64,000 bases of DNA. Origin: Lama guanicoe. Lineage: Eukaryota. Location: contig MU053881.1 of the NCBI GenBank assembly GCA_013239625.1, positions 5,789,957 to 5,853,956 on the forward strand, in the 5' to 3' direction. This document shows positions 49,101 to 61,297 of this stretch, in pieces (the first letter of the stretch is position 1; each line of letters opens with the position of its first letter). Below the pieces are notes generated by a model that was not told where the DNA came from, searched no databases, and saw only the letters and a program-made list of their open reading frames with translations. Position numbers and translations under genes: made by a program.

Positions 49101-52100
49101 TTCATGCCCCCCCCCCCGCCGGTGTGCACTTTGTTTGGGAGGAGAAGTAAATTCTGCTGTAGCTGGCCATGCACCAGGGTGTTAGAGAAGATCACTTGTC
49201 TTGTCTAGATGAGTTGAGATCCCCATGAGGTAGGATAGCTGAGAAAACATTGTATACCCTCCTGGAGTGTGAGTAAAATGAAGAATTGCTGTTAACTGGT
49301 ACTTTAACAAAGTATGTAAACATTTTTCCCTAATACCCATTTCCCCCATTCTGGTAGCATCACCCCAATTTTCCTAGGGGAACCACAGCTACCCTACTCA
49401 GTCTGTGCTTAAGATTATCCCTGGAAAGAGCGATGGGCGTGTGAAGCAGGTCTGGCCATGGTGAGCATTACATCCCATTAGCCGTGAGGAGTAATACCTC
49501 ATGGAATTGTATGTGATCTGATGGGAGGGCCACCAGCCTCAATGGCAGGACTTTGATCACGGGTCTCAGGGAAGAGGCAATTCCCTTCCTCCGGGGAGAC
49601 GGAGAGGATGTGATATAGCCCAGTGCTCTGGAAGTCTACTCCTACCATGGTGGGGACAGCCCGCCTGAGGATGGGGCCAGCCCAGAGGCAAGCAGAATTG
49701 ATGGAGAGAGAGGGAGACAAGGACCAGTGTCCCCTGGATTTAACTGAGCCTGAGTTTCCATCTATCTGGACTTTTCTGTTATGCTTCCTTTTCTAAGCAC
49801 CTACTAGCTTTCTGGCGCTGTGGTTTACCATCATTGTGTCCTGCTAATGTCCCAACAGCTGCTCAAAAAAGGTGTAGTAGCCCCATGTGACAGAGGGGGA
49901 AACTGAGGCTCCGGGTGATGAAGTGATTTGGCCAAAGCACTCAGGTACTCTGGTCCTTCGGCTGTGGGCTCAGCCACTCTACTGGCGAAGGCCAGCCACA
50001 CTGTGGAATAAGGCTCTGTCCCTGCCCTCAGGCACGGATGCTCGTTGTCTTGGAAATGTCACAACAGAAAGGATTTGGTTGCCCAGAAAGGCGTCCTCTT
50101 TGGCTCCATCCCTCAATTATCCTTCTGACAGCCAGATTTGGACCAAATTGGGTTTAGTGCATTTCACAATTTTGTTGAACAAATTTGTGGATTAAGGGAA
50201 CAAATTAAATCCACATTTTTGCTTGACATCATCAAAAATATGACATGCAGACTGGAAATGGACCTTCCTGATCTTGGAATAATTTCAGTGGAGCCTACTT
50301 CCCTGCTCAAGGGTATTTTAAAAAGAAAACCTTATTCTCACAAAACACTTTGGGGAGCTGGCTCCAACTATCACCCGAGACCTGGGGTCTGGCCCTTGGG
50401 TGTAGGCTGACCTGCAGCACCCTTGCCTGGGGTGTGATTCTAGCTGGCAGGGGCCCTCTCTGCCCCCCACCCATCGTTCGTCTTTTCTCCCGTTTCTCCC
50501 ATGATTTCCTCTTGGTCATAGCCCAGTTTAAGTTTCAGCATTTTTCTATAACTGGACCAGTGGATTTTCATGTTAGTGCCAATTCAAATGCCCTATCTCT
50601 TCTCTGAACTCTTAGGTCACTAAATATCTAGATCATTCGACAATTAATTAACTGCCTCTGGCACTTCACCCCATGGCTTTTAAAACAAGATATATATTTC
50701 ATCTTCTCCATCTTTGTTTCTTGGCTTCACAGTAGGAAGACCAGCTCTATGTGGGCAGGGAAGGTGATTTCTGCTTCTCTCTGTGTGTCTCTGGCATGTA
50801 GGACCATGCAATGAATATTTACTGCCTTACAAATTTAATTGGCATATGATTTCTTGACAATAAAATGATGACTTTTTAAGGCAGAGAAGACATTATCTTG
50901 GCTGAGCGTGGGGAGGAGAGGCTGTGAAGCACGTTGGGTTATTTTGAGGGCTTTGATGCCAGACAGCGTAGGTTTGAATCCTGGCTCCTCGTTTATTGAT
51001 TATATGATTTTAACAATGATGGCATCTCTGCCTCAGTTTCCCCTTCCATAAACTGGAAATCACAATAGCACTTGACCAAGCCCCTAAAACGGGAACACAG
51101 GAAGCCTTCTCTACATGTCAGCTGTCACAAGTTTATTATTTCTTCCCAATAATCATAATTTTCTTATGAAACACGTATGGTTGACACACAGGTGGACTTC
51201 ACCTTATCTAAGTTTTGTCTCGGTTACCAAATTCTTAGCTTTAAAAAATGAATTATCTGAATGATTGTGATTCCCTCCCCCCCCATTATATAATAAGTAT
51301 AAGCTGAAGGAACAGAAAAGAAGCTGACCAAAACCAATAAAACCAATTAAAGCATGGAATGAATCAGTGTTAGCAAAAAAGAAGGGCCTGAAGGAGCATC
51401 AGGAAGGCTGCCAAATAGATCTATTAAGTAAAGGAGAGAGGAGAGAGAGAACCATCCATTAAAATTAATTAAAAGTTTTTAATTGTTGTCATGCTGACCT
51501 CATGCTCCAAGTGCCAGATACAAAGAAAAGTAATGCGGATAACTGAGTGGTCATGACATTTTTCCAACTGGCCACTTTCCCCTTAACCAGACCGAGCCTG
51601 TCTCTTCCATCTCGCCCTCGTGGGCTCCTTGGATCAGGACCCAGCTCATGGCTCAGATTCCTCTTTGCTGAAAAGAGGGGAAGTCCCGCGGCCTGGGGGT
51701 CGGCTTTCTGGGCCCACCTCCCACATTCTCATCCATCAGCGGGTCCTCCTGTTCGTGCTTTGACAATGCACCCTGATACCCAGCCCTTCGCCCCCACGCC
51801 GAGCCTCTGTTTCCACCTGGAACTACGGTGGTTTGCCAGGTGGTCCCATTTCCACTCTTCTATTTATCATCCTCTGAAGTTGCCTTGTCTTGACTTTTCT
51901 ACTTGTTTTCTCATGTTTTCCCTGTTAGCCCATGAACGTCTCAATCACCAGTGGCTGGCACCGGCGTGGCCCAGTCAGTACTTCTTGACTGAATGGAAGG
52001 AGCTGGGACGAGTTGCCTTCTTAAGCAAAAGGCTTCTCCCTCCACAAGGGAAATCCGCTCTGTAGATACGGAAGTGGGCCCCTTCGTAGGTCAACCGGGC

Positions 52101-55100
52101 AACATTTTGCTAAACTCATTTCACTCATAAGACTTCAAAATTATGAAAGATAGTCATACTCTTCTTTTTAAGTGTGTCATTTGTGTTTTTCACATCCAGG
52201 AGCTGAAGGTAGAAAGTGAAATATTCTCATATCGGGCTGCCCCATCCTATGGGGATTCTGGTGGTCAAGCCCTTCCCACCTCGTTCTCAGCAATTGCATT
52301 CAGCCTCTGAATGTTTGTATACAATTCTGCTTCCCTGAGATAGACTCTTGGGTATACAACGGTATTGTACAAGGGTTGGCGTCACTCCCTCCGCTACATT
52401 TCTGACCCTCATGGGAATCGTGAATCAGGTCATCACGCGTGGTACAGAGCCTCCTGTCGGGAAGGGGCCCAGGCTGCTGCTTGTACAAGGTAGGTCTGTT
52501 CTGCAGCACCGGCTCGTCCCCAACGTCACTCAGTCCAGAGGCTGGCTGCACAGAGCCTGGCTTGGCTCAGGAAGCACCGGCGAATGAGATGGGTCAGTTA
52601 TATCCCATCCACTCCCCCTGGAGTTTGACCTGGGAAACGTGGACAGAACAATCAGTAGAAGTTGGAAGGTCTTGGGGAAGGGAGGAGCCTGTGGGGCTGG
52701 GAGCAAATCAGAGTCATGAGGACACAAAAGCAGAAGCGCTGAGCTGAAGGAAGGATGCACAGGGTGGCGGGCAAGGAAGCCACTAGAAGCTGAAGAGATG
52801 GGGCAGACGCTCGGAGGGAAGCAGAAACCTGGAGGAAGGCTAGGTCAGGGTAGAGCTGGAGTGCTGGACGCGAGCTCCCGGCTTCCTGCGGCAGGGGCTC
52901 CTGGAGCGCCATGGCGGGTACCTTGGGTTCGCAGAGACCTTCCTGTTCCCGTCTCCAGCATCCTAGGTCAAGGCGTGCTCCGATTTCCGTGAGATTCTGC
53001 TTCCCTGGTTTGTGCCTCACTGCCTGGGCCACCCTGAGGGTCTTGCTGTTCTTTATGGGCTCACAGGGCAAGAAACCAAGAGTCACCACCGTCACTGGGT
53101 CCCTATTAGCCCTGTGTGTGTGTCAGGGAGGGGTGGGGGGATGGGGCGGTCCAGGAGCTTTCAGGGCACTAACTTCTGCTCAAAGGCTCTGCTAACATCC
53201 GTGGGGGTGGTTCCATTCCTTAAGGATCTGGGCTCTGTTTTCTTTTTTTTCCCACGTATCCTCCAAATTACATGTATATGAGCATCTATAACTGTATTTT
53301 GTATGTAACATAAAATATATAAATACATATAATATAACATAAAAGGAACATAAAAACATATGTATCTCTCTGTATACACATATATATTACAACTTGGTCA
53401 GGAGCTAAAGTCTAAAGTGGGTCTTAAGTTAAAATTGTATATAGTTAAAATTATGCCTGAGAACCCTTCAAGTACCCACAGAACACACACATATGATTTT
53501 GGATATGAAACTACAGCTTATCTGGTAATGGTAAATATAAATGCAAGGAAGCAGCAGTCGCCCCCTCCCCACAGAACTCTTGCTGAAATAGATGCAGATG
53601 AGAAAAAACAGATTCTGGTTCCCACCCCCTGCCAAACTGTGACCGTAACTTGCAAAGACTTTTTCCAGCCCAAGTGACAATTGATTAATTCCTCCCGGCA
53701 AATGAATTGCTGTGCCGTTCCCTGAAGTCAGATATCCTCTGAGAATATTTTAATTGGAACCCTCATGACTTTCCAAAGATTTGAGATAGTCCTAATAATT
53801 GGCAGATATATAACAGCTTCATTAAAATGGCAAAAAAAATCATAGAAAGGGGGAAATAAATAACCTGAAAAAAATGAGGCTGGTATAATTCCTATACTGG
53901 ACATTTGAACTTTGAGCTTCCTGGAAGTCAAGGGGAAAAGGGAAAATACTAGACAAGAATTCTATAAATTAATCAAAAGAAAGGTTCTCTGATGGCACTA
54001 TTTAAAAAAATTTAAAAGTCACTCATAATTTCATAGTAGTGATATTATTATTTTTGCTTTTATACACTATATTCTAGTCCTTGTCTGCAAGCAAAATAAT
54101 TTCATTTAAAAAATATTTAAATAGGCAAGACTGTCACATCGTTTGAAAATAGGAAAGTGTAAAAAATAAACAGTGAGAAGGTTTGTTCCCATCCTTGTCA
54201 TACATTTGCCCAGACTCAACTGCCCTCAACCTCTCCCCCGTTTTGTATCCATCTAGAGTTTTTATGCATTTTCATCATCAAATACAGATTCTTATCCCTG
54301 CCTGCTTCCTGCATTTTGATTTGTTTCATTTAACAGCGTATCTTGTGGACTTTTGCACATTAGTAGGAAAGCCTCCTCATTCCCTGTCATAGCTGCCAGA
54401 TAGCTCATCCTTCAGATGTGCTATGACTCACCAGGGCCCCTATTATACCATTTTCATTTGGCTTGTTTCTTTCATTCTTTCTTTTTTCTTTTCTTTCTTT
54501 CTTTTCTTTTCTTTTTTTTTTTCTATTAGAATTGAAGCTAGGGAGAATAACCTCACAAGTAGGTGATTTCATGTATGTGCACATATATGATAAATCCCTG
54601 AAGCCAATTGCTGGATCAAGGGGTAAATGCATTTGTGAATTTGATAGCTCTCAGCTAAATTGCCCTCCAAAAGGTTTCTGGCAACTTCGCGCTTCTACCA
54701 GCAGCGTCAGGAGGTTGAGTTGCCACATAGTATCTGTGTACTCCAGACCCAACACCCTCCTGCTAACTTCTAAGGAGGAAGGAAAAGGAATGTGGAAGAG
54801 AAGAGCTGTGTATCAGGCCCCTCCCATGGGTCAGACACACGCTTTATACACGTTTGATGCTTACTATTTCCCTGATTCTTACTAATGAGACAATTTTGTC
54901 TCTGTGGTTAAGGGCTTTTGCACAGTGACTCAAGTGAGTGGGAGGGAAGGGTCCCAGCCCCGCAGCTGACTCTGAAGCCGGTGTGGGTTCCTGTGCACCA
55001 GAGCCCTGGTAGGCGGGAGGGCATCTCAGCAGAGCCCTGGTCTCTTCCTGACCTGGTTTCAGCTTTCATGGACCAGCAGAGCTCTTACTGTCCCAACTAT

Positions 55101-55106
55101 TTTATT
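55101..55106 (-). terminator. SMIM23: SMIM23 polyadenylation signal AATAAA
   Basis: tttatt on the + strand, first AATAAA downstream of the TGA, about 114 nt after it. Confidence 0.75.
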
Positions 55107-55219
55107 TTCCTGCCTGCATTGAACTTCAAGTGTCACAACTCAGCCCTGCTTAGAGGAAGCCCTGGCCACCCTCGTCCCCCTTCCATTTGGCCCCCTGCCC
55201 AGGTCCCAGCCCTGGCCTC

Positions 55220-55576
<357 letters not shown>

Positions 55577-55678
55577 CTAGCTATCCTTCAAGACCCAGCT
55601 CGTCAACAATACCTATGGGAAGCCTCAGATTTCCTCAGCCAAGCTTGATGGCCCTCTGCACCTTCTTGAATATGTTAC

Positions 55679-55746
55679 CTGGGAAGTCATAGGATTCTGG
55701 GGGTAGTTACATTCTCTGATTCTTTCTGACACCTCCCAGCTTCTTC
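55679..55746 (-). CDS. SMIM23: SMIM23 coding exon 3 (68 nt)
   Basis: Acceptor cctgtttCAG|GA, donor CAG|GTAACA; encodes (G)RSWEVSERIRECNYPQNPMTSQ; phases fit the neighbouring exons. Confidence 0.92.
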
Positions 55747-55955
55747 CTGAAACAGGCACGAACACCACCTCTTAATAAGGCAAAGGAGCAGGAGTTGGAT
55801 GACTCGGTTGGTCATCCTAGTGGGATGAAGAGCGTGGGAGAAGGCAAGCAGTGGAGTTCCCCCTGGCATACAACCATCTGCAGAATACCCGCCTCCCCCC
55901 GCCCTCAGCTCCGTGTGGACTTGGCTCCTCCCTCCACAGACCCCAGAATGCTCAC

Positions 55956-56007
55956 CTGAGATCCCTGTGCCCACATACAGCACTAAGATCAGCAACGCCA
56001 ACAGCGT
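55956..56007 (-). CDS. SMIM23: SMIM23 coding exon 2 (52 nt), hydrophobic/TM segment
   Basis: Acceptor ctcttcttgccccCAG|ACG, donor G|GTGAGC; encodes TLLALLILVLYVGTGIS(G). Confidence 0.92.
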
Positions 56008-56299
56008 CTGGGGGCAAGAAGAGGAGGAGGGTGGAGGTGAGTCCCTGGAGGCTATACGGGCATCCGTGCTTCCCCCCGCAGAGCGCTAGGCTTGGGGCTG
56101 CTGCAAGATCCCTGTTACAGCTTCACTTTTTTCTGGTTATCTAAGCCACACGTGCTTACTGCAAACCCTCCAAACACTGCAGAATTAGACACCACGGCGA
56201 CTTCTGTTTCATTGGTTCTGTCCCTCCTTCCTCCCTGCTGAGAAGGAAGGCCCACCTCTGTTCTTGTGCCTTGCCTCACTCTTATGTTTTCTGTTTTAA

Positions 56300-56780
56300 A
56301 TGATCTTTAAAAGGAGTCGACTTTACTGTGGTATAATTCACATATGATAAAATGCACATTTTAAACGTACAGTTTGATGAGTTTGGACAAATGCCTGTAC
56401 TTGGGAACTGCCGTCTCAGTCAAGACACAGAACATGTGCATCACCCTAGAAGGTGCCTTTGTGTGCTCTCGTGGTCACCCTCTCCTTCCCCCCATCCTGC
56501 CTTGGGGATCCGCTGATCTCCTCTGTCACCAGGGAACAGTTTTTCCTGTCCTGTAACTTCCCTAAATGAAACCACACATTACATACTTTCTTTGTTGAGT
56601 TACTTTTACTCGACATCATGCATCTGAGATGTTTCTGTGTTCAAGGTGATGGATGAATGTTATTATATTGTATGAATATAGCACAGTGAATCTCTTCACT
56701 TATTAATGGACTTTTGGGTTGTTCCTACTTTCCGGCCATTGGGAATAGAACTACTATGAGCACTTGGGGACAACTTTTTG
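56300..56780 (-). mobile_element. old L1 3' fragment in SMIM23 intron 1
   Basis: gtggtataattcacatatgataaaatgcacattttaaacgtacagtttgatgagtttggacaaatg. Confidence 0.75.
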
Positions 56781-57019
56781 TGCGTCAGGGGCAAACAAAG
56801 GGGGATGGAGAATTAAGGTGGCCGCGGTAGTGACTGGCATTGAATTTTCCCCTAGATGTGGGCTGAGCCAGATTTAATTTGACTTGAAATAATACATTTC
56901 TTAGGTACCTGGGTTTGTGAAGCAAGATTTAGACCGGCTAGCACAAACAAAGGAGATAAGAGATTTGCATACTTTGCCCCTCCCCCGGAACGTTTTGTTT
57001 TTAAGTATATACTAGCAAC

Positions 57020-57590
57020 TATACTATCATTATTATTAACTTTAAAAATAAACGTCGATGACACAGCAACAACGTGGCTGAGTCTCCCGGACACACTGAT
57101 GAGTGAAAGCAGCCAGACATGAAGGTGCAGACTGTCTGACTCCACTCCCATGAAACTCAGGGACGTGCGAAACTCATCTGGGATGATGGAAATCAGAATT
57201 GAGGTTATGGGGCAGGGGGAAGCTGGGAGCGGCCTGGAGGAGCCTTGGGGCACTGGGCATGCTCTGTAGCTTGATCTAGGTAGCAACTGCCTGGGTGTGT
57301 ACACCTGGTGTGAAATCATTGCACACTTCAAACTAGGGACCTTTTTTCTCCTTAAAAAAAAAAGAGTTAAAAAATTGAATTATGGTTGATTTATGACATT
57401 GTATTAGCTTCTGGTGTGCAGCATAGATACATATATGTATTCTTTTTCATTACAAATTACTACAAGCCATTGAATATAGTTCCCTGTGCTGTACAGCAGG
57501 ACCTAGTTCTTCATCTACTCTGTACGTAGTAGTTTGTATCGGCCAATCCCAACTCCTAATTTATCCCTCCCTCCCTCCTTTCCCCCCAGT
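57020..57590. mobile_element. old L1 3' piece (+, ~57020-57335) and young L1 3' end (-, ~57375-57590)
   Basis: gagtgaaagcagccagaca...ggaaatcagaat...; ttagcttctggtgtgcagcatag...tgaatatagttccctgtgct. Confidence 0.7.
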
Positions 57591-57919
57591 ACTTTTTTCT
57601 CTTCTTAACAATATACCCCAAGACTCTTTCCCTCTAGGACACATAGAACCGCCTCATTCTTTATGGCTGCTGAGCATTCTGGGGTCTGAACGCTCCTCTG
57701 TTTCCTTAACCACCTGTCAGTGTGCTTTACAGATGCTGTCTTCATCAGCACGCTTGCAGCTAGGCTTCTATTTTGTGCTGTGTGGAGGCAAAGGGAGGAA
57801 ACGGGGATGAGAATTAAGTTTTAGTCCTTCTCTTGTGCTGGGCTGGGGCCTGAGCCAAATCATTTCTTCTGAGTCTCAGTTTCTTCATCTGTAAAATAAA
57901 TTTCAGTATAGGCTGAAAG

Positions 57920-58170
57920 AGCTTTCCAAAAGTAAACGTGGGACTTCGTGGTTGAATCGGTTTGGGAAATGCTGCGGCAAACAAAGTTATGTGGATTTCC
58001 TTGCTGCAGGACTTGTCAGAGCCTTCATTATGTGACTGAACTATGTAAATCTCCAGGAGGGGTACAAGGGTATCAGCATTCCTCAAACCACAGATCTTTT
58101 AAAATGACTTTTCTAAAAGGAGCATTCCTGGGGTTTGGTATTTGTGGCACACTTTTTAGGAAAACCTGCA
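57920..58170. mobile_element. second MER103C-like element
   Basis: gtttgggaaatgctg...aaacaaagtta...ctgcaggacttgtcagagccttc...aatctccaggagggg. Confidence 0.65.
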
Positions 58171-59048
58171 ACATAATGGAAGCCCCGCAAGGCCCCTATC
58201 TTGCTGTGAGGTCCAGCATAAAGGAGGCCTTGGAACGTGTGTCTTAAACGTATGAGTGGACAAATCTTTTGGAAGCATATATAGATCAGTCATCCATCGC
58301 TCTGCCTAGAACCCTTCAATGGCTGCTTACTAATCTCAGAGTAAAACCCCATCCCTTTCCACAGTGTGCAAGACCCAGCCTCTTTTTCCATCCATCCCTC
58401 ACGTCTCCACCTGGGAGGCAGTGGAGTACAGGGTAGCTTTGCTAAGGGTTTTGGAATCAGATGGACCTGGTTTCAGATCCCAGTATGTCCCTGCTGTCTG
58501 GATTTTTGGCCTTTCTGAGCTTCAGTTTGCCCATTTGTGAGTGAGGTTGATAATAGTTGCCTCTTGAAAATATCTTTAAGTCATGAGTGAGGAGGTAACA
58601 GCAACAGGCTGTGCTTGGAAAGTGCTAACATTTTCCATTTTGAGAAAATCCTACGTGGGGTTTGAATTTTAACCCTAAGAACAAATGCTCCAGGACCTCC
58701 CAATTCAGGTTGCTCTCCTATTTATTTTAATTAATTAATTAATTCATTCATTCAGCACCTATTATGCACCAAACATCCTTCTACGCACTAGGAACATAGC
58801 AGAAAGCTACATAGAAAACCCATCGCTCCTGGAGCCTACCCCCTGCCGGCAGTGTGGAGAATTAATAAGCATCGGTAATGGCTTCTAGAAAAAGCTCTGT
58901 GAGCCCCTATACTGTGTTCCACCAGGCTGGGCTCCAGGGAGAGTCCGACTGAAAGCTCGCTCCTGACTTTGAGGGCCTTACGGTCTGCCTGGAGTGGCGG
59001 AGGGAGCCCAGGAGCCAGGAAAGCAGTGTACACCTGGTCTGGCCTCAC

Positions 59049-59126
59049 CTGCTTCTTGTCCTCGCTGCGACTGCTCCTTCTCTCAGCTGCCACTCGCCCC
59101 CTGCTGCCCACCTGCTGGATCACCAT
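59049..59126 (-). CDS. SMIM23: SMIM23 coding exon 1 (aa 1-26)
   Basis: Kozak GCCATGG; encodes MVIQQVGSRGRVAAERRSSRSEDKKQ; donor CAG|GTGAGG; phase 0 joins exon 2. Confidence 0.88.
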
Positions 59127-59169
59127 GGCCTCAGGTCAGGCTGCCTGGCCAGATCCCCACTGGACAGGC

Positions 59170-59245
59170 AAATTGGTACCCTCCCCGCCCCTCCCCCGGC
59201 CTCTGGTCACCAGGCATCCCCGCAGCAATGGGTTCTGATGTCACA
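59170..59245 (-). promoter_or_regulatory. SMIM23: candidate SMIM23 proximal promoter motifs
   Basis: CCAAT (minus strand, 59172-59176), GC box ccccgcccc (59183-59191), CRE-like TGACATCA (minus strand, 59236-59243); TSS unknown. Confidence 0.4.
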
Positions 59246-59916
59246 GAAGGTGGGGACAACGAGGCCCCCACCCTGTCACCACCCTGATTTTTAACTCCAT
59301 CCCTCTTTTTTTTTTTCCCGTAAAAACAAATACCAGAAAGAAATGCATCGAAGGACTGTATTTTAGGATGATGTTTTTTTCTGATCCTTTTTCTGTATTT
59401 CCAATTTTTAATAAAATGCAAGTTTTAAAATACAAAACAAAAAAAAGTATTTTTAATTGAAATCTTTATTGAGGTAATTGTAGATTCACATGCGGTTGTA
59501 GGAAATAATATAAGAGACCCTGCGTACCCTCTGGTGGTAACAATCTATCAGTCTTATTAAAACCTCCCCAGTTTCACTTGTGTTCATTTGTGTGTATTTA
59601 ATTCTAAATAATTCTGTCACATGGGTAGATTTGTGTATCCACTACAACAGTCATAATACAGAAGAATTCCCAAACCGCAGGGTCCCTGTGTTACCCTCTG
59701 AGGCCCGCCCCTCCCTCTGCCCGCCTCCCTCACTGTCTCTAATTCCTGGCATTCCTAGAAACCACTAATCTGTTGTCTATTTCTAAAATTTTACCTTTTC
59801 AGAAATGTTGTATCAGTGGAATCAAATGGTCTGTGACCTTTGGAGACTGGATTTTTTGTACTTAGCATAATTCTCTGGAAATTCCTCCTGATTGTCATGC
59901 ATCTGTAATTCATTCC

Positions 59917-60059
59917 CCTTCCTTCCTTCCTTCCTTCCTTCCTTCCTTCCTTCCTTCCTTCCTTCCTTCCTTCCTTCCTTCCTTCCTTTCCTTCCTTCCT
60001 TCCTTCCTTCTTTCCTTCCTTCCTTCTTTCCTTCTTTTCTTCCTTCCTTCCTTTCTTCC
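59917..60059. repeat. (TTCC)n / (GGAA)n microsatellite, ~140 bp
   Basis: Read directly from sequence. Confidence 0.95.
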
Positions 60060-60109
60060 AACTGTATCACAATTTATTTACCAATTCCTATTTTTAGGCC
60101 ATTTCTATT

Positions 60110-60251
60110 TCTTTTTTTTTAATTGAAGTTAATCAATTACAATGTTGTGTTACTTTCTGGCATACAGCATAGTGATTCGGTTATACATATATGTATTCCT
60201 TTTCATTATAGGCCATTATAAGGTATTGAATATAGTTCCCTGTGCTACATA
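60110..60251 (-). mobile_element. young L1 3' end fragment nested in the old L1
   Basis: T-tract followed by aattgaag...tacaatgttgtgttactttctggcatacagcatagtgattc...tgaatatagttccctgtgcta. Confidence 0.8.
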
Positions 60252-60380
60252 CTCCCCTTTCTTTCTGTGTCGTATTGCATGGCAGGGATGTGCCACAGTT
60301 TACCATTTACCCACTGAAGGACCTCTGGGCTCTCTCCAGTTTTGGGCGCTTATGAATAAAGCTAATATGCACACTCTTTA

Positions 60381-60873
60381 CAGCCATACTTTGGTTTATT
60401 GCACTTTGCAGGTACTGTGGGGTTTTTTTTGTTTTTTTTTGTTTTTTTTTACAAATTGAAGGTTTGTGGCAACCCCGCATGAAGCAAGTCTATCGACATC
60501 ATTCTTTCCAACCTCTTGCTCATTTAATGTCCCTGTGTCACATTTTGGTAATTCTCACCATATTTCAAATCTTTTCACTATTATCGTATTTGTTACGGTG
60601 ATCCGTGATCAGTAATCTTTGATATTACTACTACAACTTGCTGAAGGCTTAGATGATGGTTAGCATTTTTATAGCAATAAAGTATTTTTTAATTAAGTGT
60701 GTACATTGTTTTAGACATAATGCTTTTGCACACTTATAGACTACAGTATAGTGTAAACATAACTTTTATATGCACTGAGAAACCAAAAAAATGTTTGTGA
60801 GTTGCTTTATTGTGATATTCACTTTATTGCTGTGGTCTGGGACCAAACCTGCAATACTTCTGATGTATGCCTG
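60381..60873 (+). mobile_element. Tigger1-derived internally deleted element with TA TSD
   Basis: Termini CAGCCATAC...GTATGCCTG flanked by TA (60379-60380, 60874-60875); host L1 resumes seamlessly. Confidence 0.88.
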
Positions 60874-61262
60874 TACAGGTTTTCGTGTGAACCTAAGTTT
60901 TTATTTCTCTGGGATGCCTAAGAGGGCAGTTGTTGGATTATATGGTTATTGCATGATAGTTTTATAAGATGCTGTCAAAGCATTTCCTAGAATGGCTGTA
61001 CCATTTCAACATTCTCATCAGCAATGTATGAACAATACAGTTTCTCCTCATCCTCACCAGCATTGATGGTTTCATTATTTTTTATTTTAGACATTTTAGT
61101 AGGTATATAGTGATATCTCATTGCAGTTTGAGTCTGCATTTTCTTGATAGCTGATTATGTTGAACACCTTCTCATGTGCTTATTTGCCACCTGTATCTCC
61201 TCTTCAGTGAAATGTCTGTTAAAATCTGCCCATTTTCTAATTGCATTGTGTTTTCTATCTTC

Positions 61263-61297
<35 letters not shown>

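Noticed and set aside
51547..52065. Longest ORF in the track (172 aa)
   Set aside because: GTG start, low-information S/P/L-rich sequence, ends in an L2-like tail; no homology recognised
55687..56001. 104-aa ORF MALLILVLYVGTG...
   Set aside because: Artefact spanning exon 2, intron 2 and exon 3 out of frame; starts at a TTG
58836..59048. Continuation of the 96-aa ORF 58836-59126 beyond ...EDKKQ
   Set aside because: Read-through into intron 1; a consensus donor CAG|GTGAGG at 59048 joins exon 2 in frame
59125..59238. Plus-strand CACCATGG Kozak overlapping the SMIM23 start, opening a 37-aa antisense ORF
   Set aside because: Consequence of the CCATGG palindrome; peptide unrecognisable and no independent support
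59822..60122. ORFs with KEGR / FLPS repeats
   Set aside because: Translations of the GGAA/TTCC microsatellite
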